Source: an uncultured Candidatus Saccharibacteria bacterium
Lineage (GTDB): Bacteria; Patescibacteriota; Dojkabacteria; CAZCSM01
Direction of reading: 5' to 3'
Length of the DNA: 64,000 nucleotides
Assembly (NCBI GenBank): GCA_964501355.1
Contig: CAZCSM010000004.1
Span: forward strand, 3,340 to 67,339
Shown in pieces: positions 10,394 to 20,025 of the stretch. Below the pieces are notes generated by a model. The model did no database searches, was not told the origin of the DNA, and saw only the letters and a list, made by a program, of their open reading frames with translations. The translations under genes were made by a program, and so were the position numbers. Within the stretch, counting starts at the first letter, position 1. Each line of letters starts with the position of its first letter.

Positions 10394-12007
10394 ATGGAAG
10401 ATCAGGAACAAGCCCCCATTCAGCCTACGCAACTACCAGTTGCTGCTGCACCAATGAATGAACAACCACTGGAGAAATCTCAAAGCAAATCCGGAATACT
10501 AATAATCCTAGTATTATTGCTTCTACTCCTAGCAGGAATAGCCGGTATTTTTGCATATGCCTTCCTGAGCAACAAGAACATCCCTATCATTTCGGATATT
10601 GTTGAACAGGTAGAAAATGTGGCAGTTAGTGATGAGCAGTTCGCAGAGATGGTTCAGGACCAACTTAGCGAAGCTATTTTTTCCACAATAGAAAAAACGA
10701 GCTCGGTAGCGGCAACCGAAGCAATTGTTGAAATTGATGCATCAGAAGAGTTCTTAAATAATTATGCAGAATCAACAACAAAAGGATTATCCTCATATCG
10801 TTTCGACAGCATGATTGACATGCAGATTACCACAGAGGATGACTATTATCCTGTTGACCTAGGAATACAATTAAGTATGGATGGAGCAGTTCAAGCAAAT
10901 GGTGACACGTTGAAGCTCGAAACAAATATTTATGGAGAGTACGCTGAAGCGGAAACAAACTTGATATTTGACGGGAACATCAAAGCTCTCGGAGAGGTTC
11001 TCTATTTCAAGATTAACGAGTTACCCGACTTTGGAGTCGATCTAGATGAGTTTCTAAATACATGGTACTTCCTGGATATTACGGAAGAAGAAGACTTAGT
11101 CACGGGTCTTAAAGAAAGCCAAGGACTGGAAACAGATGATAGTATTTCAGAGGATGATCTAGAGAAACTTAACCAGCTTATTACAGGAGAAACCATTAAA
11201 GCAAACATCGTTCGATTGCCAGACATGGTGTTGGAAGATGAAGAGAAATTTGGCGAATCAACTGGGACAAGGACAAATTGCTTCGAACTTAATCTAGATG
11301 GAGACGATATTGTCGCCCTGGTCGAGGAAATTGAAAAAATTTGGGAAGTCACTGATGCGGAAAAAACTTCGAGCTCAGATAAGGCTGAAATCAAAAACAC
11401 ATTTCAAGAGGTCAGTATGGGCGCATGTGTAGGACGACAGGATCATCAAGTATACAAATACATGTTCGACGTTGCTTTGGACTCAGAGGGAACAGCATAT
11501 GCAATGAATGGATGGTCCGAAATGTGGGATCACAATAAAGATGTTAATATTGCGGAACCTACCGATGCCATTAACTTCGAAGATGCAATCGGAGATATAC
11601 TTAATACTGTAACACCAGAACCATATGGCCCTGCTGCCCAATTATCGAGCACGAGAAATACAATTCGAAAATCTGATATTAATGCCATGCTTCAAGCAGC
11701 AAGTCTCTACACTATTGATAATGACGGAGAATTCCCCACTATCAATGGTGAGCCGATGAAGACATTAACCATTGAAGATGGTTATGCCTACTGTGAAGAA
11801 TGGGGAGAATGTTTTGCTACAGATCTTGATGAAATCGCAGATGGATTTGGTGCCTACTTAACAGAAATCCCACTGGACCCTCAATATGATATGGACTATC
11901 TGATTGGAGTTGACGATTCAACAAATCCAATGCATATAATAGTAGCAACAAATTATATGGAAGAAGGAGATGATCAGGTCGGTACACTATACTATCTGGA
12001 ATATTAA
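10394..12007 (+). CDS. hypothetical membrane-anchored acidic protein
   Basis: 537 aa. N-terminal TM (ILIILVLLLLLLAGIAGIFAYAFL) followed by a long D/E-rich extracytoplasmic region. No catalytic motif recognised. Confidence 0.4.
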   Translation: MEDQEQAPIQPTQLPVAAAPMNEQPLEKSQSKSGILIILVLLLLLLAGIAGIFAYAFLSNKNIPIISDIVEQVENVAVSDEQFAEMVQDQLSEAIFSTIEKTSSVAATEAIVEIDASEEFLNNYAESTTKGLSSYRFDSMIDMQITTEDDYYPVDLGIQLSMDGAVQANGDTLKLETNIYGEYAEAETNLIFDGNIKALGEVLYFKINELPDFGVDLDEFLNTWYFLDITEEEDLVTGLKESQGLETDDSISEDDLEKLNQLITGETIKANIVRLPDMVLEDEEKFGESTGTRTNCFELNLDGDDIVALVEEIEKIWEVTDAEKTSSSDKAEIKNTFQEVSMGACVGRQDHQVYKYMFDVALDSEGTAYAMNGWSEMWDHNKDVNIAEPTDAINFEDAIGDILNTVTPEPYGPAAQLSSTRNTIRKSDINAMLQAASLYTIDNDGEFPTINGEPMKTLTIEDGYAYCEEWGECFATDLDEIADGFGAYLTEIPLDPQYDMDYLIGVDDSTNPMHIIVATNYMEEGDDQVGTLYYLEY

Positions 12008-12024
12008 AAGGATCTTTATAGACT

Positions 12025-12053
12025 GAAACACCAGCAGTTGCTGGTGTTTTTTA
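12025..12053 (+). terminator. rho-independent terminator
   Basis: AACACCAGCAGTTGCTGGTGTTTTTT, a GC-rich hairpin plus T-run, lying immediately after the stop of the 537-aa gene. Confidence 0.6.
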
Positions 12054-12297
12054 TTTCTTCTATTTTTCTATAATAATATCAGCCAATAATCCTTCTTAAG
12101 GACAGAAGAGTCATGAATAAAATATCGTTGAGTTTGGGGATTACATTTTAATTTCTCAAATGGTGGGCCTCTTGATGGGGTTTTACAACTTTTAGAACAC
12201 TTCAAAAAGTTCTACGAAGAGACAATTAGCTTTTCACAATACATTCCAGAACTGAAAAAATATACGACCAACAATTCCTTGCTGGCCGCATAGTAAT

Positions 12298-12511
12298 ACC
12301 TAAAAATTCAATTGAATTTACGACTCAATAAGCATTGGCATAACTTCGGCAATAAAAGCCTGTGAATCCTCTTCTGACACACCACATTCATTCATGATTG
12401 GAATACCTAAAAATTCAATTGAATTTACGACTCAATAAGCATTGGCATAACTTCGGCAATAAAAGCCTGTGAATCCTCTTCTGACACACCACATTCATTC
12501 ATGATTGGAAT
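12298..12511. repeat. perfect 107-bp tandem direct duplication (2 copies)
   Basis: 12298..12404 and 12405..12511 are identical. Each copy contains the last ~26 codons plus stop of the 106-aa minus-strand gene, and an AATTCAATTGAATT palindrome. Confidence 0.9.
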
Positions 12512-12745
12512 GCTCGTCATAACAATATCCAACATTGCTGCACTAGAATCTAATTCACCAGCTCTAAATTTAGCCGTCAAAGTAGCTAATTCCTCCACTC
12601 TCCCTGTTCTATACAACTCATGTAGGAACCTCCCAGCCATATCTGGCTGTCCTTGGCAAATTTGAGACAGTGTTTCGACATCAGCTTCAGCTAGAAGTTG
12701 CTGTTCATTTTGGGCAGGGAAAAAAGTAAAATCGGCTTTTCCCAT
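12425..12745 (-). CDS. hypothetical acidic protein
   Basis: 106-aa ORF. Its 3' end lies inside the downstream copy of the 107-bp tandem repeat. Confidence 0.35.
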   Translation of the reverse strand: MGKADFTFFPAQNEQQLLAEADVETLSQICQGQPDMAGRFLHELYRTGRVEELATLTAKFRAGELDSSAAMLDIVMTSIPIMNECGVSEEDSQAFIAEVMPMLIES

Positions 12746-12795
12746 AACGAGAAGCTTGCTTAATTAAAGTGTGAGGATTATATAAGCTTTTGGAG

Positions 12796-12993
12796 CTATT
12801 CGTCAAATCTCGTGTCTATTGCAAAAGGAACAATTTTGATTCGACTATTTATTTTAATTAACACCTGAAATAATCCAACAAGGTTAGAAAAAGCTTCCCG
12901 AGATTCTTCGTATGAATAATCAACTCCATAGTTTGCTTTCATACTTTTCTGATAATCTCGGACGGTTTCATCAGAAATAGGAATGAGGGGCAT
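12796..12993 (-). CDS. hypothetical small protein
   Basis: 65-aa ORF sitting directly upstream of the YgjP-like gene, in the same orientation. Confidence 0.25.
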   Translation of the reverse strand: MPLIPISDETVRDYQKSMKANYGVDYSYEESREAFSNLVGLFQVLIKINSRIKIVPFAIDTRFDE

Positions 12994-13009
12994 TGTCGTA
13001 ATGACTAAA

Positions 13010-13726
13010 CTAAACCATTACTAACTCTAGTCTTTCTTTTAGTTCTTTCCAATTAGGCAGTTGTTTTTCAAGAACTTCGAAGTAATCCTTACTATGATTC
13101 GGGTGAACTAAATGACAAAGTTCATGAACTATCACATAATCAACACATGACTTAGGGGCTTTAATAAGTTCAGGGTTTAATGATATCAGCCCACCATTAG
13201 AACAGCTCCCCCACTTTCTCGAAAGTCTCTTCATTTGCAACCGTGGTTTCTTACCTACTTTTTGCTTCTTTATAAATGATTCCGACAATTCCTCGAAACG
13301 CTCTTGGAAAATTCTTTTTGCATTTCGCTCATACCATTGAGAAAGCAAAAGCTTTACATAATCTTTATTATCAACACTTGTTTCAACTACTAATCGGCCT
13401 CTATAAAGTTTTATGTTGGAATCTTTTGATTTCTTAATTTTCAACATATATTGACGGCCGAGATATTTATGTGTTTCGCCATTAACATATTCTCGTTTCG
13501 GAGTTCTAGGAAGAAACTTTTCGAAATACTGTTGTTGCTTCTTTATCCAGGCTCCTCGTTTTTTCAACCGTTCTTGAATTTGACCCAAACTCGCTGTTAT
13601 GGGGGCTTTAACTTCAACGGTAAGGTCTGGATAAACGTCAATAGACAAAGTCTTTCTGCTTTCTTGTTGCAATGTGAAAGGAATCTCTAGCGAACCATAT
13701 TTTATAATATGACGAGAAAGTTTCAT
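13010..13726 (-). CDS. YgjP-like (DUF45/M48-like) zinc metallohydrolase
   Basis: Carries the motif VIVHELCHLVHPNHSKDYFEVLEKQLPNWKE, an HExxH plus the downstream pattern typical of COG1451. Overlaps the hsdR stop by 4 nt. COG1451 genes are commonly found next to hsdR. Confidence 0.7.
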   Translation of the reverse strand: MKLSRHIIKYGSLEIPFTLQQESRKTLSIDVYPDLTVEVKAPITASLGQIQERLKKRGAWIKKQQQYFEKFLPRTPKREYVNGETHKYLGRQYMLKIKKSKDSNIKLYRGRLVVETSVDNKDYVKLLLSQWYERNAKRIFQERFEELSESFIKKQKVGKKPRLQMKRLSRKWGSCSNGGLISLNPELIKAPKSCVDYVIVHELCHLVHPNHSKDYFEVLEKQLPNWKELKERLELVMV

Positions 13727-16700
13727 TTATATCTATTCTTTGCTACTTCAATTGAAGTATCGATAATCTCATCCATTTCATCAAAGCTTATTCTAAGATT
13801 TAGACTCTTGTTAAGTTCATATAGATATTCATCAATCGCAGTTCGCATTTTATTCTGAACATCAACATTGCTCTGGAAATCAACAATCTTATATTTCTTT
13901 ATAATCTCATCTATCGCTACTCCAATTTCCGCTGATAACTGTTTGTTATCTGTATTCTCAACGGCCTTTCGATTAATAACAGCACCCGCCACACCATAAA
14001 ATGCTTTTGCATTGTCATTACCCTCAAGTATGGAAGGCGTGTCATCACCCTTTCTCTCAAGAACATTGCCAACCATCTCCTTCATTCTTTGCAGATATTC
14101 AGCATCCGTAATACGCTTATCTCGATATTCTTTTATTGTTTCTTCTAACAAGTCAGAAAACTTTTTGTAATATGTCGGGTCTTCGTTCATCTTCTCCGTT
14201 AACGTTTTTTTCAATCGACTTGCCATAGTATCAGCCTGAGCAGCTGTACCCTCAATACCTTCAACCTCTTGTTGAAACTTGTCTTTATCAAAAATGTTTA
14301 CCTGTTCTGTTATTTGAATAACCTCGTCTGTAGTAATATGCGTATCAATAAGCTTCTGAATTTGTGCTTCATATTGTTTGTAATCAATATCATCCGAGTA
14401 TCGCTGCTTTACAGAAACCCTCAATTTCAAGAAGAACCTAGAATCATTTTTGTACATATTAACCTCATCTTCTGGAACTTGTTCCTCAAATTCTAGTGTT
14501 GATAAAGCAAGTTTTAGTGTCCTTGCAAATTTGGATAATGAATCATAAAAATCATTTCTCAATTCATCATCTGCAAGAAGCTGTTCATATTCTTCTAAAT
14601 CCTGTCTGTTCTGAATTACATTAAATATGTCCCAAACTTCTGAATGATACTGTTTCAGATTTGCAATTTCTTCTTTGACGTTTGTCAGCGTTCCGATTAA
14701 ATCCTCTTCATCGAAACTAGAAAGCGAACTATACGTTGTCAAAGCTTTATCTAGTTCCCCCAATATTCCGTAATAATCGATAATGTAACCGTAATCTTTT
14801 CCCGTATGAACACGGTTAACCCTTGCGATGGCCTGAAGCAAGGTGTGTTCTTTCAAACTTCTGGTTATGTAAAGAACAGTATTTCTCGGAGCATCAAAAC
14901 CTGTTAACAACTTATCAACAACAATTATTAACTCTGGCTCATCACTTTTCTTAAAAGCATCAATCAGCTGTCTGTTATACCTTTCTTCATTTCCGTACTT
15001 ATCCATCATGGAATGCCAAAATCTCAAAACAACGTCCTCAGATTCACTAAAAATATCTTCATGACCTTCCCTCGTATCGGGGCCAGAAATAAGGACGTCC
15101 GATTTAATAATCCCGATTCTATCGAAGAACTGTTTATATTTGACGGCAGCAGCTTTTGAAGGAGCTGTTAATTGTGCTTTATATTCTGTTCCTTGCCAAT
15201 TATCTCGGAAATGTTCACTTACATCCCAAGCTATCGCATAGAGCTTTTGTTCAGCTTCGTTTAGTTGGTCTGCTCGACTGAATTTATCTTTTAATACTCC
15301 TGCCTGCTTTTCTGTTAGTGGTTGAGATATTCGGTCAAAATATGTATCAATAGGTTTTCTATTTACATCCTGAACAGCTAAACGGCCTTCATACAGCAAA
15401 GGGACAACCGCTTTATCTTTGACAGCTTGGTCTATGGTGTACTTATCTATAATACCCCCAAACTTCTGTGCTGTATTCTTATCCTTTTTCAGCAAAGGTG
15501 TCCCCGTGAAGCCAATATAGCAAGCATTAGGAAGAACTTTCTGCATTTTTACATTTGCTGTACCGTATTGACTCCTGTGACTTTCATCTACAAGGACAAA
15601 GATTTCTGAAGATTCATTAACAGTAACTTGCCTTTCAAGTCCCGATTCGAACTTGTCGATTACTGTTGTAATGATGTCATATTTTGGCTTTTCGACAAGC
15701 TTCATCAATTCCTTTCCACTGCTAGCCTTTACAACTTCTTTTCCACAATCGTTAAATGTGTCATGTATCTGCTTATCTAAATCAACTCTATCAGTCACAA
15801 CAACTATCTTTGAGTTCGAATAATCCAAAGCAAGAGACTTGGCAAGCATAACCATTGTTAAAGACTTTCCGCTTCCTTGGGTGTGCCAAATTACACCACC
15901 TTTTCTTCTTCCTTGCTCTAAATTCTTAACCTTTCTTAAGGTTTTCTTCACTGCAAAATATTGTTGATATCTTGCAATCTTCTTTGTACCAGCATCGTAA
16001 ACAATGAACTTATAAATCAGTTCTAACAGTCTTTCTGGCCTACATAAGCTATACAAATCTCTATCTTGTTTTGTTACCTTTCGTTCTATTTCTTCGAGTA
16101 AATCAAAGTATTGTCGAACGTATCTAAATCTTTCTGTAAACAACCTGTCTTTTACCTCTTCTTGAATTGGTGTGTTTTTCAGTTTTGAAATAACAGTCTC
16201 ATATTCAGACTTTTGCTCATCGTTTTGAAATTGTTCTTTCCATACAGCCCAGAAGTCTTCTGATGTTCCTGTTGTTGCGTACTTTGAATCATTTCCGCTA
16301 GTTGCAATAAGAAGTTGTGAATACTTAAACAGTTGCCTTATCCCGTCTTCCTTTTGGTTTCGTATGTGCTGAGATACAGCCTGCTCTATCGGTTTATCAA
16401 TGTCGGGACGCTTACATTCAATCACGACAAGAGGGATTCCATTCACATAGAGGACAATGTCAGGTCTGTAATGTTCGTGTAGTCCAGTTCTCTCTACTTC
16501 CAGTTCCTCGGTTACATGATACTCATTATTCTCGGGATTTTCCCAATCAATGTATTGAAGGGTAAAGCTCTTGCGGTCTCCGTCTACATTCTGTTCAAAA
16601 CTTTTCCCCATAACGAGCAAATCAAAGACATTCTCGCTTGCAACCATTAATCCTTCATTCAAAGGTACTTCTCGGAGAGCATCAATTGCACGCTGAATAT

Positions 16701-16923
16701 TTGAATCTGAAAATTCATGCTCTGAGCCCTTGAAAGAAAATCTGTTCAACTTCTTTAACTGTTGCTCCAGAATATCCTGAAGTAACACTTTTCGTGTCGA
16801 ATTGCCTCGAAGCTGAAGAGCTTCTTCTTGGGATAAATATTTGTAACCCATATTCACCAAAAGCTGCAATGCAGGGATTTGAGAAATATGGTCTTCTTTG
16901 AATGATGGTGTCGTTATTTTCAT
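13723..16923 (-). CDS. hsdR: Type I restriction enzyme R subunit
   Basis: 1066 aa. N-terminal PD-(D/E)xK nuclease (IVLYVNGIPLVVIECKR). SF2 helicase Walker A HTQGSGKSLT and DEAH box VLVDESHRSQ. HsdR-type C-terminal region. Confidence 0.9.
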   Translation of the reverse strand: MKITTPSFKEDHISQIPALQLLVNMGYKYLSQEEALQLRGNSTRKVLLQDILEQQLKKLNRFSFKGSEHEFSDSNIQRAIDALREVPLNEGLMVASENVFDLLVMGKSFEQNVDGDRKSFTLQYIDWENPENNEYHVTEELEVERTGLHEHYRPDIVLYVNGIPLVVIECKRPDIDKPIEQAVSQHIRNQKEDGIRQLFKYSQLLIATSGNDSKYATTGTSEDFWAVWKEQFQNDEQKSEYETVISKLKNTPIQEEVKDRLFTERFRYVRQYFDLLEEIERKVTKQDRDLYSLCRPERLLELIYKFIVYDAGTKKIARYQQYFAVKKTLRKVKNLEQGRRKGGVIWHTQGSGKSLTMVMLAKSLALDYSNSKIVVVTDRVDLDKQIHDTFNDCGKEVVKASSGKELMKLVEKPKYDIITTVIDKFESGLERQVTVNESSEIFVLVDESHRSQYGTANVKMQKVLPNACYIGFTGTPLLKKDKNTAQKFGGIIDKYTIDQAVKDKAVVPLLYEGRLAVQDVNRKPIDTYFDRISQPLTEKQAGVLKDKFSRADQLNEAEQKLYAIAWDVSEHFRDNWQGTEYKAQLTAPSKAAAVKYKQFFDRIGIIKSDVLISGPDTREGHEDIFSESEDVVLRFWHSMMDKYGNEERYNRQLIDAFKKSDEPELIIVVDKLLTGFDAPRNTVLYITRSLKEHTLLQAIARVNRVHTGKDYGYIIDYYGILGELDKALTTYSSLSSFDEEDLIGTLTNVKEEIANLKQYHSEVWDIFNVIQNRQDLEEYEQLLADDELRNDFYDSLSKFARTLKLALSTLEFEEQVPEDEVNMYKNDSRFFLKLRVSVKQRYSDDIDYKQYEAQIQKLIDTHITTDEVIQITEQVNIFDKDKFQQEVEGIEGTAAQADTMASRLKKTLTEKMNEDPTYYKKFSDLLEETIKEYRDKRITDAEYLQRMKEMVGNVLERKGDDTPSILEGNDNAKAFYGVAGAVINRKAVENTDNKQLSAEIGVAIDEIIKKYKIVDFQSNVDVQNKMRTAIDEYLYELNKSLNLRISFDEMDEIIDTSIEVAKNRYK

Positions 16924-17519
16924 TCTTTCTTCAGGTTATTTATTTTCTGTTCTAATTCATTAAGCCTACTCTCAAAAGGCTCATACTTTTTTAACTCTTC
17001 ATTTTCAAATCTATCTTTCAGTCGACTAAATTCCTCATTTAATGAAGTTAATTTACAGACATCCTCGTCTTTGGCAGAATTTGTAAAATACCCTCCAACT
17101 GAAATCAAAAAGATAGATAAAAGAGATACAGCAATAAACTTGAAAGTGGCCCTCTTCTCTCTACGACTATTAACCGTATAATCAAGAAGCAACACAAACA
17201 GTGCAAGAAGCCCTCCCAAAACAAGACTTAACCCTAGAACCCTATTGAAATCACAAACACTTTTAATTATCTGAACTTCGATAAGAAGAAATGCAACAAT
17301 CGAAGCAAATATTCCCAAAACAGAGATATAATCAGCCGTTACTGAACTTCGAGTATCTTCAATATTATTTTTTAACTCTTGCTTAAGTTCGTCTAAATCA
17401 TCAAAGGTAACTGCCGTCTGTTCGTTTCCGCTTGTTAGCGGTCGACGAAAAACCTGCTCAAATAAGCTTTCACGCTCAGTCTCTACTTTATTATGAATAT
17501 CTCTATTATTCTTCGGCAT
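16920..17519 (-). CDS. hypothetical membrane protein with C-terminal coiled coil
   Basis: 199 aa with three predicted TM segments plus a coiled coil. Lies between hsdS and hsdR. Confidence 0.35.
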   Translation of the reverse strand: MPKNNRDIHNKVETERESLFEQVFRRPLTSGNEQTAVTFDDLDELKQELKNNIEDTRSSVTADYISVLGIFASIVAFLLIEVQIIKSVCDFNRVLGLSLVLGGLLALFVLLLDYTVNSRREKRATFKFIAVSLLSIFLISVGGYFTNSAKDEDVCKLTSLNEEFSRLKDRFENEELKKYEPFESRLNELEQKINNLKKE

Positions 17520-17772
17520 AATTTTCTACATCTGGCATTAAAGCTTTAACAGCAAAAAAATACACTCTTCCCGTCTTATTCCCTACTACAGCAATCATTG
17601 GAAGGCTGGGACCCCCAATAACAAAAGATGAGGACATCTCTTTCTGAAAAGGACTATTAAAGAAACCGTCCACTAAAGTAAGCCCCTCAGGTTCAGTAAA
17701 CCCTAAGAAGCTCTTCCTTTCGTCAATTGCACCTACCAATTTATCTTTAACTTTCTCAAACTTAACGGTCAT
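17506..17772 (-). CDS. hypothetical protein
   Basis: 88-aa ORF between hsdS and hsdR, overlapping the next gene by 14 nt. Confidence 0.3.
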   Translation of the reverse strand: MTVKFEKVKDKLVGAIDERKSFLGFTEPEGLTLVDGFFNSPFQKEMSSSFVIGGPSLPMIAVVGNKTGRVYFFAVKALMPDVENYAEE

Positions 17773-17793
17773 TCTTTTATTAAAAGAAGTAAT

Positions 17794-19056
17794 TTAACCT
17801 AATTTTACCCTAACCTCACCAGTAAGCAACTTCTGCATCAAACCTTTTTTCTCAAGCTTTAATTTCTCCAGTTCATCCTTCAACAACTCAATCTCCCTAT
17901 CCTGCTCACTCAATAATTCAGCAATTTTCTTTTGTTCTTCAATTGACATTTGCAAAATGGGACAATCGAGAACTTGGTCTTTCCTTAAGTTGGTTTGACT
18001 AACACCATCATCAAACTTCAAATAATATCTGTTGCGATTCAACGTGTAGTATAGATATCTGCTGTCGAGAAAATCATTCACTCTCAGTTTACATATTCGC
18101 TGATTCAGTGCATATTTATTATCCTCCTCAATGTAAAAGCATCGAGCTAAAGCTCGACCATTCGGTATATCGCTCATGACCATCGCAACATCCCCCTTTA
18201 CCAAAGGAAGCAAGTTCTCATTTACGTGCTTTTTGACACGGCCCCCAGTTGAGATAAACTTCGAGTTAACAAGGACATACTTTCCCTCAGAATCTACATA
18301 TGACTCATGAGCCTTTCCATTTTCGAAATCCACCAACAAAAATAACTTCACAACCTCCCAATCCTCAGGAACTTTCCCAATCTTCGTATCAACTAACTTC
18401 TCACTCTTTACAAACTCACTAAACCTCACCTTCCCCGTCAACAAAACCTGCATAAACCCCTTCTTCAATTCCTTTTTCTTCTCAATCAACATCTCAACCA
18501 TCTCAATCGCCTCATCCCAAGCAGAAAGAATCTCAGCAATTTTCTTTTGTTCAGAGATTGGAGGGAAAGGTATTGCAAACCTTCCCAAATCACTATTATT
18601 TATTGAGTTTATGGTTGCACCTAGGTTTCTATGTACTTCTTTTCGATAAATATCTGTATCAAAGACCTGAAACACAAAGTCATTATGTTCACTCCTGTAA
18701 ATTGACATGAATGCACCAAAAGCTTTTCCCTCAACACTCTTGTCAATCAATGCATTTTTACCAATCAGACTCCTACTGCCATTCCTTACACAAATGAGTA
18801 TGTCATTTCCCTTTACTGGATTAACTTTTAAGTTTGATGTATCCACATATACGTTGTCCTTAAATGATAGCTGTCGATTCTGAACATTTGAAGACCTTAA
18901 CACCAACGTCCCCGTATCCCGAACATCTTTAGGAGAGTATGTTAGACCGTTTATCATCTTCCCTATCTCTCTCAAGGTTACCACGTGCCAACTATCAGGA
19001 ATCCAACCTACTTTTGTTTCTTTATAACCTTTTCTATTTTCGTTAACTTTGCTCAT
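17794..19056 (-). CDS. hsdS: Type I restriction-modification specificity subunit
   Basis: Two target-recognition domains separated and followed by the conserved coiled-coil repeats (...LLTGKVRF... and ...LLTGEVRVKLG). Confidence 0.8.
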   Translation of the reverse strand: MSKVNENRKGYKETKVGWIPDSWHVVTLREIGKMINGLTYSPKDVRDTGTLVLRSSNVQNRQLSFKDNVYVDTSNLKVNPVKGNDILICVRNGSRSLIGKNALIDKSVEGKAFGAFMSIYRSEHNDFVFQVFDTDIYRKEVHRNLGATINSINNSDLGRFAIPFPPISEQKKIAEILSAWDEAIEMVEMLIEKKKELKKGFMQVLLTGKVRFSEFVKSEKLVDTKIGKVPEDWEVVKLFLLVDFENGKAHESYVDSEGKYVLVNSKFISTGGRVKKHVNENLLPLVKGDVAMVMSDIPNGRALARCFYIEEDNKYALNQRICKLRVNDFLDSRYLYYTLNRNRYYLKFDDGVSQTNLRKDQVLDCPILQMSIEEQKKIAELLSEQDREIELLKDELEKLKLEKKGLMQKLLTGEVRVKLG

Positions 19057-19187
19057 TAAAACTTATTAAAACTCAAGAATTTTACAATTGTAAAACAATT
19101 TAACATGTAGTATAATCTTAACAGCCTTGCAAAAGGCAACAAAACATTGGCTTAGGGGCTTTGATATACAGAGTCCCTTTTGCATTT

Positions 19188-19940
19188 TTATCCCCCAATC
19201 TCTTTACTCCAACAAATAAAGTCCTTAATCTTTTTCAATTCAAAAACAAAAGAACCCGTCTGGGATAATTCAATGGAAATCCTACGGGATGTTGCAAATA
19301 TTATTGCATTCTTCCCCTTAGTTTTGAGATGTTCAATGGTATCAGCGAAATCGCTATCACCACTCCACAAAACAAAATTTTCTATAGATTCATCCTGAAT
19401 ATTATCAATCAACATATCCGAAGCAAGCTCAACATCAAAATTACACTTCAGATGCTTAATGTGTGTAATTCCCTGTCGATTCAGTTCAAGAAGCCTCTCA
19501 TTCAGAAATTCTATTGTTTCCAAATCAAACTTACCCAACAATGCTTTATCAATATAATCTTTTATAACAAAGGGAGAATCAATTGGAGTTCCCGTCATAT
19601 CAATTGAGAGGTTCATTTCTTTAACAGGTTTCGTTCTTACCACATATCCCCATTTTTCTAAATCTTCAACCGTTTTACGAGAGTCTTCATTCCCATTCAA
19701 CACACCCTGATACACAACAACCTTATTTACATTTGTGTATGACCTTAATAATTGAATCAATCTTTTAAAATCTATATGCCATCCCAATTTCTTCTGCCAA
19801 TGAAAAACATTGGCATAGTCGATGTAGATATTTGTTTTCTTCGTAAAAGATTTTGAAAGGAACTCTATCTTTTTAGGATATTTTTCTGCTAATTTTGCAA
19901 TTCTATCTGTACTAGGATTGAATATTTCTTTTTTTGCCAT
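19188..19940 (-). CDS. NYN-domain (LabA/PIN-like) predicted RNA nuclease
   Basis: NIYIDYANVF...CNFDVELASDM...VLWSGDSDFADTIEHLKTKGKNAIIF matches the NYN pattern (iDg.N ... nvDvala.D ... SgDsDf.pl...l...Gk.v.v). Located between hsdM and hsdS. Confidence 0.5.
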   Translation of the reverse strand: MAKKEIFNPSTDRIAKLAEKYPKKIEFLSKSFTKKTNIYIDYANVFHWQKKLGWHIDFKRLIQLLRSYTNVNKVVVYQGVLNGNEDSRKTVEDLEKWGYVVRTKPVKEMNLSIDMTGTPIDSPFVIKDYIDKALLGKFDLETIEFLNERLLELNRQGITHIKHLKCNFDVELASDMLIDNIQDESIENFVLWSGDSDFADTIEHLKTKGKNAIIFATSRRISIELSQTGSFVFELKKIKDFICWSKEIGG

Positions 19941-20025
19941 TGAACTATAACCAAATAAATGTAAAAATGTCTTACATCAGGGGGAAAAGACTTTGAGGTT
20001 CCGTCCTCAAAGCAACACCCCCATT

